From positions 26,722,001-26,786,000 of the forward strand of contig CAIIXF020000001.1 in the NCBI GenBank assembly GCA_903813345.2: a stretch of 64,000 nt of DNA. Reading direction: 5' to 3'. The notes under the pieces are model-generated. The model was not told where the DNA came from. It was given only the letters and a program-made list of their open reading frames with translations, and made no database searches. The translations under genes were made by a program, and so were the position numbers. The stretch comes from Owenia fusiformis. Lineage: Eukaryota. Each line of letters starts with the position of its first letter. Position 1 is the first letter of the stretch. Positions 13,830-26,731 of the stretch are shown piece by piece.

Positions 13830-14290
13830 GTCCCCATCATATATAATCACAATGTTGGAAATCGTATTACTAGACAGTTCCACAATATACACCCCTGTAA
13901 AATAAAAACTGAATTGACAAAAAGGTCAGTGGCATATTCTGGTGCCATTTTATGGAATGCTTTGCCAATAGTACTTCGAACATGTAAAACTTTGAATTCT
14001 TTTAAACATAACATTAAAAAGGACCTTTTGGAAAAGATGAATGAAAACATTACATAAAATCACATTTTGTTTATTTAATTATTTCTCTCAAGACTTCAAA
14101 GTTTCTGTATTGTATCTATTAATTGTATCTGTATTGTTATATGTTATATTATATGTAATTTTGGTTGCTCTGCAACACATTTTGAAATAAGCGCTGATAC
14201 GCCCAATTACTAAGGGTGTCGAGTGCACACGTTTTGTACTTTACATTGTTATATTATGAAATAAACTATAAACTATAAACTATAACTTTA
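13830..14290 (+). mobile_element. 3' fragment of a CR1/L2-type LINE
   Basis: Translates as KRSVAYSGAILWNALPIVLRTCKTLNSFKHNIKK, typical of a LINE ORF2 C-terminus; ends AATAAA(CTATAAA)n. Confidence 0.75.
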
Positions 14291-14708
14291 AACTATCTCA
14301 ATTGTTTTTTCTACACAGACCTAATTGCGACTATTTTGTCTCTACCTTCATCTCATTCGGGTAAGTAAATACTATGAAGGGGATAAATATTCCATAGAGG
14401 ACTGTAATTTTACAAGTTAACGAACAATTCTCTTAAAACGTATAATTTAACCCCCCCCCCCCCCCCCGTTGACCAATAGATAGACGTGTGGATAAGTGGA
14501 TGACGACGTAGTATACGTAGTGATCAGTGTAGTGTAGAAAATCGAGTTCAGTTGCTGACCTCCATGGTTATGTTTGCAATGGAACAAATTCTGAATGTAT
14601 TTGGAGACCGTATGCGCAAGTGTGGGACATTACACGAAACAACATGAAGAAGGGATAACCCAAAAGTACATGTAGTATCGGTCATATTGCTGTCTGATTT
14701 ACTATATA

Positions 14709-15784
14709 CAGGGTGGGCCAAAAAAATTTGCAACCTTTTTAGAAGGCAAAAAAAGTATTATAACATTATGGTATTGACATGAAATTTTTTTTACAGAAAC
14801 TTAAGGATAGGCATATTTTACCATTTAAATACTTAAGCTAATACTGACATCAAATTTTTTTGTCAGATGTTTGAATATTAATGGTAAATTGTTCATGTGT
14901 CCGAGATTTACCGATTTTCCTAGAAAATGTGATTTTCTATCATTTTATGTGATCATCGATAGAACATTTGTTATGTTCACTAAATCTGCTGCAATCTTTG
15001 TTAAGTGGTGTATTGGGCGGCTATTCATCAGGACTAATGAATCAAGGGGTATTTTGCTCCAGATATTCCATAGTGACTTTTGGCCTATGGTCAGGAGCGC
15101 TATCCTGCTGGAATATGTAATCACTTGGGGCTGAAAGAGCCCCCATTCTTGAAAGATGTCCCTTTAGAAGAAGATTAATCCTGAGTCGAATGGCCACCCA
15201 ATACACCAGATGCCAACCCCTGGGACTATCACACATGGGGGCACCTGGAGCAATGTATTGTAGTTAATGGTTATACCCCACAAATTATTGATCAACTATA
15301 AGAAGTTCTGCAGGATAAGTGGAGACGACTACTACAAGAACTGCTGGATCTCGCCATTGACCAGTTCAGTTCTCGTCTCCATGTGATTGTGAAGGTGAAA
15401 GGCGGATGCATAGAACATTTGTTTAATAAATAATTAATACAGTGTAACAATATTACCATAGTGACTAGATCCTGATATAAACCTGTACTAGACATTGGTT
15501 AAACAGTTATCAAAGATTGTAGCAGATTTAGTAAACATAATGAATGTGTTATTGTTGATCACATAAAATCATAGAAAGTCCGAATTTCTCGGAAAATGGT
15601 AAATTTACCATTAATATTCAAACATCTGACAAAAAAATTTGATGTCAGTATTAGCTTAAGTATTTAAATGGTAAAATATGCCTATCCTTAAGTTTCTGTA
15701 AAAAAAATTTCATGTCAATACCATAATGTTATAATACTTTTTTTTGCCTTCTAAAAAGGTTGCAAAATTTTTTGGCCCACCCTG
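14709..15784. mobile_element. Tc1/mariner-derived foldback element with transposase remnants
   Basis: TA|CAGGGTGGGCCAAAAAA...TTGGCCCACCCTG|TA; ~180-bp near-perfect TIRs; remnants FQQDSAPDH (- strand) and WPPNTPDANPWDY (+ strand). Confidence 0.9.
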
Positions 15785-16772
15785 TACTACTCCCAGATGA
15801 ACTTCTCTTCATGTCTGTCCTAAAGTTTCAACTTTACACGGAGAAAGGTGATAGTTTCATCCTTGAATTCTGGGTTATCTCCCTCTTTACAAAACAGGTG
15901 GCATTGCTTTCAGGGAACATGGCGAAAGCCTTAATTTCTCACTTACTAGTGAAACCAATCCTAATATACTGTGGCCTTACTAAACAAATTCTCACATTAG
16001 TCTACATATTATTTCGATCAGATAATTGAGATAAAATGAAACAGTTCACCAAGTTGATACAACACGATTCTGGTAAAAGTTTCATAAAGTTAACCTCTAA
16101 GTATAAAAGTTCGTTAGGTGAAAGTCGTGGAATTTCTACCTAAAAAACGTTAACGTGGCACTTTTATTCGATTTGATTTTACTTTATTACATGCATGTAT
16201 ATGCTTTCACAAAACAGAGTGAAATGAATCGAATACAAAAATGAATAATTAACTAAATGGCACTTGTTATTCATCTAGATGGCAGATTATAATTAGATTT
16301 TTGAGGTTGTGTTCGCTAAAAGAAAGATTGACATTGTGAGATTTCTTTCGAGGGCAATCATAGCAGATTGTTGCTAATTGTGATAAGTTAAGTGTGCCAA
16401 GGTATATCAGTCAAGCAGGAGCATAACTGTCTAAGATGAAGCAATATTAGACTCATGGAATTCCATTTAAGTGTTTTACTGATGAATACTACACACAGAA
16501 CTCTTTGAAACACAGGTTAATTAGTAGAGGCAGAGAGCTGCCCATTCGGGGACGAAACATGTAGTTTTTACACCTGGTTAGAAATGTTACGCAAAAACTG
16601 GGTCAAATATTTTCGGAACACAAGAACTATAATGCAAATGCTGTTAGGGTAACCCTACCATGAAATATTTTACTTTAAATATTCACAAGACGATTTTTCT
16701 GATAATCTCTCCCTCTGTTGTTACACATGGGTATTGGTTTGCCCATTTGTTGATCCAGCAAATTAAACAACA

Positions 16773-17307
16773 CACTGGTGATCCACTCGATTACGCTGGT
16801 TACCAAAACGAACCGTTTTGGTAACAAAATGTCGGAACGTCGAAGGCACGATTTTTCTTTTTTCCTTATTTCACGCGTTGTAGGCAGAATCCCCACGACG
16901 TTTTTCTCACAACGTGCATCAGTATCATATGTTTTAGAAAATGTACATGTTTGCGATAAAATAGCTCAGAGGACAACAGAATCGTCGATTTACTTCCTCA
17001 CTTAAGTTACATAAACGGTTTTTCGAAAAACAGTTAAGATCTGCACTTTTAACCCAAACCGTTTATGTAACTTAAGTGAGGAAGTAAATCGACGATTCTG
17101 TTGTCTTCTGAACTATTTGTTTGCAAATATGTACACTTTCTTAAACATATGATACTGATACACGTTTGTGTTAAAAAATGTCGTGGGAATTCTGCCTACA
17201 AGTGTAAAATAAGGAAACGAGAAAAATCGTACCTTCCGGATGTTCCGACATTTTGTTACCAAAACGGTTCGTTTTGGTAACCAGCGTAATCGAGTGGATC
17301 ACCTGTG
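16773..17307. mobile_element. Palindromic MITE with CAC...GTG ends and 5-bp TSD (CAACA)
   Basis: Arms of ~250 bp are reverse complements; CAACA at 16768-16772 and 17308-17312. Confidence 0.9.
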
Positions 17308-18104
17308 CAACAGTTCCATCTCGACCACTCGCATGATTGACGGCGACATGGATGCTGTGCCCATGCTGAGATACTAAAGTTGCCTGTCATATCAAAAATA
17401 TATGTTTATCTTTAAATGTTTTGTTGGTATTAATAATATTAATCCGCTGACCAAACACATGCCATGGATTATGAGAAGTTCGGTTGTTTGGAAAAAGGAT
17501 TTTACGAAGTGGACCCGTTTCGCCGTTAGGTACGGTTCTCAATGGTCTAATATCGAACAATGAAATTGAATATCAAAACAAATATAACATTTGATTTCAC
17601 TAGCGAATAAATAAACGGTTTGAATTTATTTCCACGGCGAATGTTGCTTGCCTAAGGATAGGGCGCCTTGAATAAAACAATTCACACGTTTAGAGATTGG
17701 CCGTGCGTTACACCAAAACAGAGCTGAAACTGAGAGCTATTTGACAAATGAACACGAAATAGTAAATTGCTGCACTTTCATGCACTTGAACTGAATAAAA
17801 TGAGTGAAATAAGATAAATTATAAGTAAAAAGTCGAGTGCTTGTACGTTTGTGTATATCAGTAATCAAAAGTTGTCAGGTGTTTTTACCAACTTTTTAAC
17901 TCCAGCCGCTGTTCAGATTGCTGTAAATGCGATGGTTAATGATGCTCAGTGATAAGGATTTAAATTAATATTTAATATAATGATAAACATGGATTACGTA
18001 TTTTTACATCATGAACGAGTGCTAAACCTCATTTTGTGATTAATTAAAAGCTATTAATTAGTGAACTAGACTCGCCCGGTTATTTCCTTCCCTGTAAAGA
18101 AACT

Positions 18105-21100
18105 ATGTATTCCAGCGGTAATTTTCTTACACTACCAGGACTAGAGACCAATAATATGGGACTAGAGACCCATAATATGGGATCAGGTAATTTGGTAAAC
18201 GGTAGGCTTGATCCAGAAAGGAATATATTCAAAAGAGGACTAACTTCAAATGGTGCTTATGATGCTACTCAACGTCATTTTGATAGTTTGGATAATTTAA
18301 GTGACACCGAAAGTGAATTTCGGAAATATAATCTTCCTCAAACGTTGATCACTCTCCCAGCAAGATTCAAAAATCCAAAAATCTCTCAGGGTGGATCATT
18401 GATGACAAATGACAACTCGTTTGAAGACAATATTGTTGATAACAACAACAAAGAAGGTGAAAAGCTTAAGGGTAATGCAACAAATACTAGTAATAATGAT
18501 CACTTTTCTATACATCCATCGGCGCAGCCAGGATCAAGAATAGTACAAGAGCACAATCAAAATGGGAAATGTAATGGAGAAAATGGATCATCCGAGGACT
18601 GTACAAAAGATATCAGTTTGGCATTACAGTGGCTGAAGCAACAAGTGGTATGTACCCTAAAAAGTCATTACCTTAATTTCATTCTCAAGAGCTCCACTTT
18701 GTCATCACTCCTTTGGTAAAGAATGATTCTCTTAAGATGCTTTGATGCAGCCTATTTATATTCAACGATTGCCTCATTCATGTCTATAACTACATCCTTG
18801 CTGCAAGGGTATTTTACAAGTATATAAGCATAAATGAAGTCCTTTGAAGAAGGATACTATAACTGGTTAGCAGACAATCAATTCACATTCAAACACCCAT
18901 AACAAAGATAATCAAACCATTTGTTGTTATCAGAGGGTAGTAGGGCCATTAAATAGCCGATGGAGAGTTTGGGTATTAATACATAAAATAGCAACCTTTG
19001 ATGAATTCGAATTTACACTGCAGGCCGTTGAAATACTCCCATTTGTCTCCCGCACAGCTGTACATCAATAAGATGGTAATTGCAGCTCAAACATAAAGTA
19101 TTGCACATTAATTCTCTACAATTATAGTTTAGCTCTCTTTAATGTTCCACCAATATAAACCTCACCTTTCCCAGTAACATGTTTGTAGTTGGGAGGTTAG
19201 GTACACGTTCAAGAGAACTTCTACGCGGACGTGTAATATTACAACAACATGGATTACTGCCCCATCACATTTGGTTTTTCTAGGTACAATAATTATACAA
19301 TTATTTGTAAAACAGAAAAGTCAATGTCAAACATTAGTACTATTTTGCTATTATAATTTGGGAAACAGACCAACATCCATAGTCGACATAGTTGACAGTC
19401 CGTCAAGGTCAAAAAGGTCAAAGTCACACATGAGATGTGATGAATCGAATTTCCATTGACTTTCTCCAATCTTTGCACCAAGTTCTTATTGTAACATATG
19501 CTTTAAATATCAATGGGATGTTTACTGTGCAAAGTATCCAGAAGTTACCAACTTACCAAAATACAGGTGTTTACTTACTATTAGCTTTACTACCTAGCAA
19601 TGCAACATAAATCATCTCAAACATCTCTAACATGCCTAATGAGTGTAACCCTAATATTTACATTGGAATAAATCCAAATGGGGCCTTACAACAATCTAAG
19701 TGGAGTTAACCTTTCTGACCAACGTATAATAATTTGTGCTGAACACACCATCAATAGAAATAAGGCAGGACCATGCAAAATATCACCTCCTGCCATTTGT
19801 TAAAGACACCGAACGCCAACCGCCAAACACCAAACGCCAAACAATTTAATGTCAATGAAAACATTGGAGACCGTTACAATATGTTACTACTTGAGGTGGT
19901 GACCTTAAAAGTTAAATTGTTAAATGAACTCTGAGCTATAGTCAAAACAGTAATGTTTGTGAGTACTTTGAATTTAAAAAATAAGCAACCAAATGACCAT
20001 ATTGAAACAGTTTATGTAAAAATAGAAACATTTATATTTATCCTAACTTTTGTATATTTCAGATAGTAAGGTATAATGTGCAGCAAAGCTGTGGCCATGT
20101 GTAATTTAGGGAGTTTCAGCCATGTTAATTTTTCCGAAAATAACATGGCAAAGAAGTATCAAAATAAAAGAGGACACCGATATGATAGCTAAACTAGAAA
20201 ACAAACTAAAATATACAAAAGTTAGGATAAATATTAATGTTTCTATTTTTACATATATTGTTTCAATATGGTCATTTGATTGCTTATTTTTTAAATTCAA
20301 AGTACTCACAAACATTATTGTTTTGACTGTAATATCACGGGGTACCATCGAATAATTTTGGCAACGTACCGGAGAGCGACATTTTACTAAGAAATGGCAA
20401 TAATTTAGCACAATATATTTTTTAACTAGAGTTCTACTTTGATTTTGACAAAAGTAAGTATTCCATGCAATGGCTATTTCATTCATGAGTTTGTAGGAAT
20501 TCTGTTGGAACCCAGTTCTGATCAAGTACGAAGTTATTGAAATCGGCGCAGTCGGACTTTACTCCGAAAGATGGTTTTTCGATTATAATTTTTTACAACA
20601 TTTAAGTATAGACTTTTGAAAAAAGTACAGAATAGTCCTTATACTATTGAATAATTCTGTTATTTCTGATTCACACGACTCTGATTTGTTTAATTAAAAA
20701 AAAGTTTTAAAAATATTACTTAGGAACGTAACCGGAGCTGGGAACGTAACCGGAGCAGATCAGTTGAATTATATAATTTAAAAAAATAAAATATATGATT
20801 TAAAGCATATATATTAATAAATACGCATTCGAACAATCCCGTATGTTTTTAAATTAGTATATGTGCTTTAAATCATATATTTTAATTTTTTGTTTAAATA
20901 ATTCAACTGATCTGCTCCGGTTACGTTCCCAGCTCCGGTTACGTTCCTAAGTAATATTTTTTAAACTTTTTTTTTAATTAAACAAATCAGAGTCGTGTGA
21001 GTCAGAAATAACAGAATTATTCAAAAGTATAAGGACTATTCTGTACTTTTTTCAAAAGTCTATACTTAAATGTTGTGAAAAGTTATAATCGAAAAACCAT

Positions 21101-24100
21101 CTTTCGGAGTAAAGTCCGTCTGCGCCGATTTCAATAACTTCGTACTTGATCAGAACTGGGTTCCAACAGAATTCCTACAAACTCATGAATGAAATAGTTA
21201 TTGCATGGAATACTTACTTTTGTCAAAATCAAAATAGAACTCTAGTTAAAAAATATATTGTGCTAAATTATTGCCATTTCTTAGTAAAATGTCGTTCTCC
21301 GGTACGTTGCCAAAATTATTCGATGGTACCCTGTGTTGCCAAAGCGGAATTTCCTCAATAAAAAATTCAAAGATCTAGTTCTGCACCTTGTAAGTATTGT
21401 GGCAATTGTTTATATTGAAACAATCTGAAATGCTATCTTTACCTTGAAAAACATGCCTCTGGAATTTGTGTTTTAGAAACATTTACACATTCCTCAAGTC
21501 TGTTTTCAGAGCTTAGATAATAATGACACATATAAAAAACGCAATCAACTCTGAAGTCAAGATTATATTTCAAGTGTGGAATTTGTATTATTCCAGATCT
21601 CCTTGTCCGAACTATTTCTGATTCATTCATCGACTCATTATTTGTACCCGATGTTTTAGTCTCACTTGCAGACAAAATCTATCAATTCTAATTTTAACCA
21701 GAATTTCGAAAGTTCAAAGCATTAATCATGCTTCTCGTCTAAATTGAACCACCAAAAACAAATGGAAAACTATCTATTACATGATGCAACTGTTCCAATT
21801 AAACATTGACCTACAACAGATAAATGAAGGTCACCCCATCATCGTCACTGAATCATAATGGCGGGTGTAAAAGGGTAGGAGGTCCTATCAAATTATGATC
21901 CTACTTTCCTTTATATGGTGACCTAAATACAACTCTTTCCGTATCCACAATCAGGGCAAGTAAGGGCCTTTAAGAAAGGAGACCAGTTTCCCCAGGGGAC
22001 CATAATTTCTTTTACACGGGATTGGGATACTGTATTTGGTGGTATTGCATACACTTCCCAAGAGACAGCTGACTGCCGTTTTTAATTACTAGTAAATAAA
22101 TATCATTTTTTGATCTAACCATCCATTCAGACTACGTTTGGCTCCATTTGTGAATATTAAGATGTTACTGTGTTATAAACAACAGGATGTAACATCATGT
22201 GTAATAATTAGAGGGTACCGTGGTCAGCTGATGGGGATCTAGGGTAAATATAACATATTGATGGGGTATTCATATTTTGGATATTTACCTCCTGGTTACT
22301 GAGCCTCCCTCTATCTTAAACACTCTTCCAATTCCATGAATTCATCATTCATTTTTTTACCAAAAACAACATACCTAATTTTATTTATTACAATGTGCAA
22401 TACATAAGTTGAAATGAATAGCAATGAACTAGTATTTTCCACTTTTACACAAGTCAATGAGAATTTATATTGTTATCGATAAGAAATTAGTAAAAACTAT
22501 GCATTACAGACAAAAGTAATTAATGAAATGATCAACGGAACATACTATTTTAAAGTTCAATAGGCTTACATGTAATTGCATCATTGTGAAAGTTCAATAA
22601 TTGCAAGTGAAATTGAATAGTATTCTGCACAGATCAACCATCTTTGTATATCAAAATTCATTTTCAAAAATATCTTGTATTTTCCTTATCAGTGTAGCTT
22701 TCATGAAGCGGATGGAACTCATCATTGCTAATGGATCGGAGTAATTAAATTATGCAACATTAACTTGTGTATTCGACTTCTTATGCTTCTTATGTGGTAA
22801 CCTTACCACCAAGATGGTTTTATTGACAGAACTCAATGACTTTTTTTTGTATTTCTTATCTTCAAAATGACATTTTCAAATCTAATTGAGTTGGTTTAAG
22901 TGCTAGTATTGTTCTTTCCAAGTTTTAAGGAACTTTCAAAAGCCCTTGAAATATGATTTAAGTGATCCTTTTCAAACCATATTGAGAACTGAAAATATAA
23001 CTACAAGGTTATTTCATGTTGAGGCCTCCTTATCTCTGTAGGGAGGAGGTAGATTACTTCATATGTTGGCAGGGTCCACAGGAAGCTTCTTAACTAGGCA
23101 AACCACCCAAGGTGTAGAAAGTATCTTTCTGTCAAAAATAATGTAACAGATTAAATATAAACTTTTGATAAGATACTACAAAAGTGCTATTGACTGGTTA
23201 GTATCAGCAAGATAACAGTGTCTTGTAGTGCTTAATGTATTGTAAACTAATGGAGTTAATAAAATGCAGTTTATTCTGGGATAAAGTTTGAAGAAATTTG
23301 GCATTTCAGTAAAACCTGTCAAGTGGAACACCTCTATAAGTGGATCACCTCTGTAAATGGAACACTTTAAGTCCCATAACTTACTGACTTCATGTAAATT
23401 GAACCTCTGCAAGTGGAACACCTTTGTAAATGGAACACTTTAAGTCCCATAACTTACTGACTTCATGTAAATTGAACCTCTGCAAGTGGAACACCTTTGT
23501 AAATGGAACACTTTGAGTCCCATAACTTACTGACTTCATGTAAATTGAACCTCTGCAAGTGGAACACCTTTGTAAATGGAACACTTTAAGTCCCATAACT
23601 TACTGACTTCATGTAAATTGAACCTCTGCAAGAGGAACACCTTTGTAAATGGAACACTTTAAGTCCCATAACTTACTGACTTCATGTAAATTGAACCTCT
23701 GCAAGTGGAACACCTTTGTAAATGGAACACTTTAAGTCCCATAACTTACTGACTTCATGTAAATTGAACCTCTGCAAGTGGAACACCTTTGTAAATGGAA
23801 CACTTTAAGTCCCATAACTTACTGACTTCATGTAAATTGAACCTCTGCAAGTGGAACACCTTTGTAAATGGAACACTTTAAGTCCCATAACTTACTGACT
23901 TCATGTAAATTGAACCTCTGCAAGAGGAACATCTTTGTAAATGGAACACTTTAAGTCCCATAACTTACTGACTTCATGTAAATTGAACCTCTGCAATAGG
24001 AACACCTCTTATAGAGGCTCCACAAAGTGGAACATTTCAGTCTACTCAACCATTGCATTAATGTTAATGAAACCTCTTTAGTGGAACACCTCCCAAGTGG

Positions 24101-26523
24101 AACACTTTTTAGTGGAACAAAGGATTTTCCACATACAGAGGTTTTACTGTTGTATATTGATATTTTATATACAACATACCATATCAATATATTTCATTTG
24201 AGATTTTAAAAGGTGTTTGACTACCCTGTATTCACTCCACATTGGCAGCCCCACTACCCTCTAACTTTTACAGAAGATTTTACTGTTTTTAGACTGGTAT
24301 GGTCTTAATAATCTCAATGTACCTGTCACTCCCTGTTATGTATGTTTGAATGTGAAATGAATGTAAGCTATAGGCTAGATTATATAATTATCTCAGAGTG
24401 TAGATAAAGTCGAACTATTGAAAAGGGTAAATTGGAGGTAGAAATGAATTACAGAAAAACCTGTGTATAAGGAACAATTTTTGCAGAGAAAAAATGTTCG
24501 GTGTTGGTAGGCGTATACTACAGGGAGTATATTTATACAGCGGAGGAATGGTGTTCACTAGAGAGAGGTGTTTATTAACCTCTTGAATCCCAGGCTCTAA
24601 AATCGGTCGAAACCACAGAATATTTCATTTTTGCAACCTTTTAACATTTACTACATACTTGTATATACAACTTTAGATGCTCAAATTAGTAAAATTAGAT
24701 GGCACAGAGATCATTTCTACACGTTTTAAAACAATTTTTGTGTAAATTGGATGAAAATAGTTCAATTAAGAGCAATTTTAGTGAAAAATTTTGTGACAGA
24801 TTTTCTCTTCACTCCAGTTAGTCAATTTTTCAATAAAAAAATGTTCCCATTTTTATTGGCCCACCCTGTACATATATTGTTGATATCATTACTGTCTGGT
24901 GTTATCCAAAAATGGAATGGAAGTGTTCACATTTTGAGGTGTTTCACATTAAAAGGTGTTTGCATGATATGTTTAACTGTATTGTAATCTAGCAATTGTA
25001 ATCTAGTATTGTAATCTAACATTGTGTCATTTATCAGAGTTGAGATCTAAGGTGGCTTTTAAGATTTGTGATCTTATATTGCGCTCATTTAGGAAAACAA
25101 AATATTTTAGCCACATGCAATTTTCCTGGAATTTCCTATTCGATTAGGGCAATTAAAACAGGTCTGTTATTATTCACCATGACCTTTGGTGGTTTGATAC
25201 TTTTTGTAAATATCACCCTTGGTGATCAGAACTTACAGCACATCTTGTAAGGGGGTTGGGTAAGAAGAGGGGCCAAGGGGGGGGGGGGGTTGGGCAAGTG
25301 AGTGTTGAGGGAAAGAAGGGGTCGGACAAGATGGGTGTGGGGAAAGAATGGTGATGAGGGTCTTGTTGGAAAGTGGTCCGAATGCAAGGACAAATGAAAA
25401 ATGGACTGTTTCATCCAAAAATAAACTCCTACTTGTTAGTAGAACCAAGGGTTGTTTGTGAAACATGATTACCATACCACCTTTATGAGTCAATTCATGC
25501 ACACCTTTGAGGGTGGACCATTAAATCTCTGGGGAGGGAAACTAACCTTTTCCAAAAAGGTATTTTGGTTTGGGGTGGAATATTAGAAAGAAAAACATTG
25601 ATTGACCTTGGTTAGACAAAAACCATGTGTCTTTTGAAAGGACTTGGGTACAATTGTTTTTGAGACAGTTCTGAAGTGCTCTGGAAAGTATAGGGTACAA
25701 AAGATCTATCAACTACACTGCCTTTATCAAGTATGTTGCTTGTAACTCTGATAACAGAATGAGCAATCATCATCACACTATTACAGTTATTATCAAACTA
25801 ATGATCGAAATATGTGAACTCTGACATCGTATCAAACATGTCAAATGGGGTCAACCATGCATTCCATAAAGGTGTTGTGACCTCAAATTTATGAAACATA
25901 TTATGATTGATTTATTGACAAAAATTGTATGCAACTAAAATGTACATGTACTAAAATGCTGTTCTTATATGTATAGGCATAAAAATGTAAATGAAAGAAA
26001 ATTACATTCCATGTTTATTTTCAACAATTATTGTAGTTTCTTACAAACTAAAACTCAGAAGTCAAGAACACTGTGCAGAACTGGTCATTTGTTCATACTA
26101 ATAAAAGCTTGTAAACTTCTATTTCAGTTGATGCTCAAACAACAAGATAAGGCATTAGCTCGACAATTCTTGGACCTTGGTGCCCAAATCCATCAGTTAA
26201 GAGGAAATGACTTCTTCCGACAGCCACAACATAGACCAAGCAAATCTTCTGAATATCAACTAACAGGCTCTAAACTAAGTCGTAGCTTTGCATCACTCAA
26301 TGATGATAACTTTTTCTGGGCCCCTTCAGTGGGTTCATTGAGACCCCTTGGCAGAACAATCAATGAGAACCAAGCCTCATTTTTTGAATTTCGTTCAAGA
26401 GCAACTTCAATGGTATCTGTAGTACCTTCATGTACTTCCCCGCCACATGAAAAGACAAAAAGTTTTTTTGATGATGAATTTACCGAATGTATAAACTCAC
26501 TCGATGAAAGCACACATTTATAG
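18105..26523 (+). CDS. FAM167-family protein (two coding exons)
   Basis: Exons 18105-18647 (GTATGT donor) and 26128-26523 (TTTCAG acceptor) join in phase 0 to give ISLALQWLKQQV|LMLKQQDKALARQFLDLGAQIHQLR, matching the FAM167A/B coiled-coil motif (ALQWLRKEL..MRLQDQQLARQL). Start codon is uncertain. Confidence 0.75.
19939..20329. mobile_element. Tc1/pogo-type MITE
   Basis: TA|(C/T)AGTCAAAAC...GTTTTGACTG|TA; ~120-bp inverted arms. Confidence 0.8.
20336..21335. mobile_element. 1-kb palindromic MITE with CAC...GTG ends
   Basis: CACGGGGTACCATCGAATAATTTTGG...CCAAAATTATTCGATGGTACCCTGTG; arms of ~480 bp nearly identical in inversion; no TSD retained. Confidence 0.9.
23307..24149. mobile_element. pogo/Tc1-type MITE with an internal 73-bp tandem array
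   Basis: Ends CAGTAAAACC...GGTTTTACTG; GTGGAACAC motif recurs in the subtermini and in the array. Confidence 0.8.
23320..24010. repeat. 73-bp tandem repeat, about 9 near-identical copies
   Basis: GAACCTCTGC recurs at 23401, 23474, 23547 and onward; no spacers between units. Confidence 0.95.
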
Positions 26524-26731
26524 GATTATTGAGACACCGAGACACACCATGATAAATCAAGACACACCATGATAAATCTTGCATTTGACGACAGAAAATA
26601 CCCAGCATGCCCATTAACTTCATGTAATTAGGTCTGGATTCATATGCCATAGAACTACTTTCTTGACATCTGAAATGAATCCTTTAAAATTAGTTTTGGG
26701 TGGTTAAATCTCTCAACTTTAAATCTATGTT

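Noticed and set aside
20106..21361. Twin ORFs MIRTGFQQNSYKLMNEI on opposite strands
   Set aside because: Produced by the two arms of a palindromic MITE.
23320..24010. CRISPR-like regular array
   Set aside because: Units are contiguous with no unique spacers, there are no cas genes, and the context is eukaryotic.
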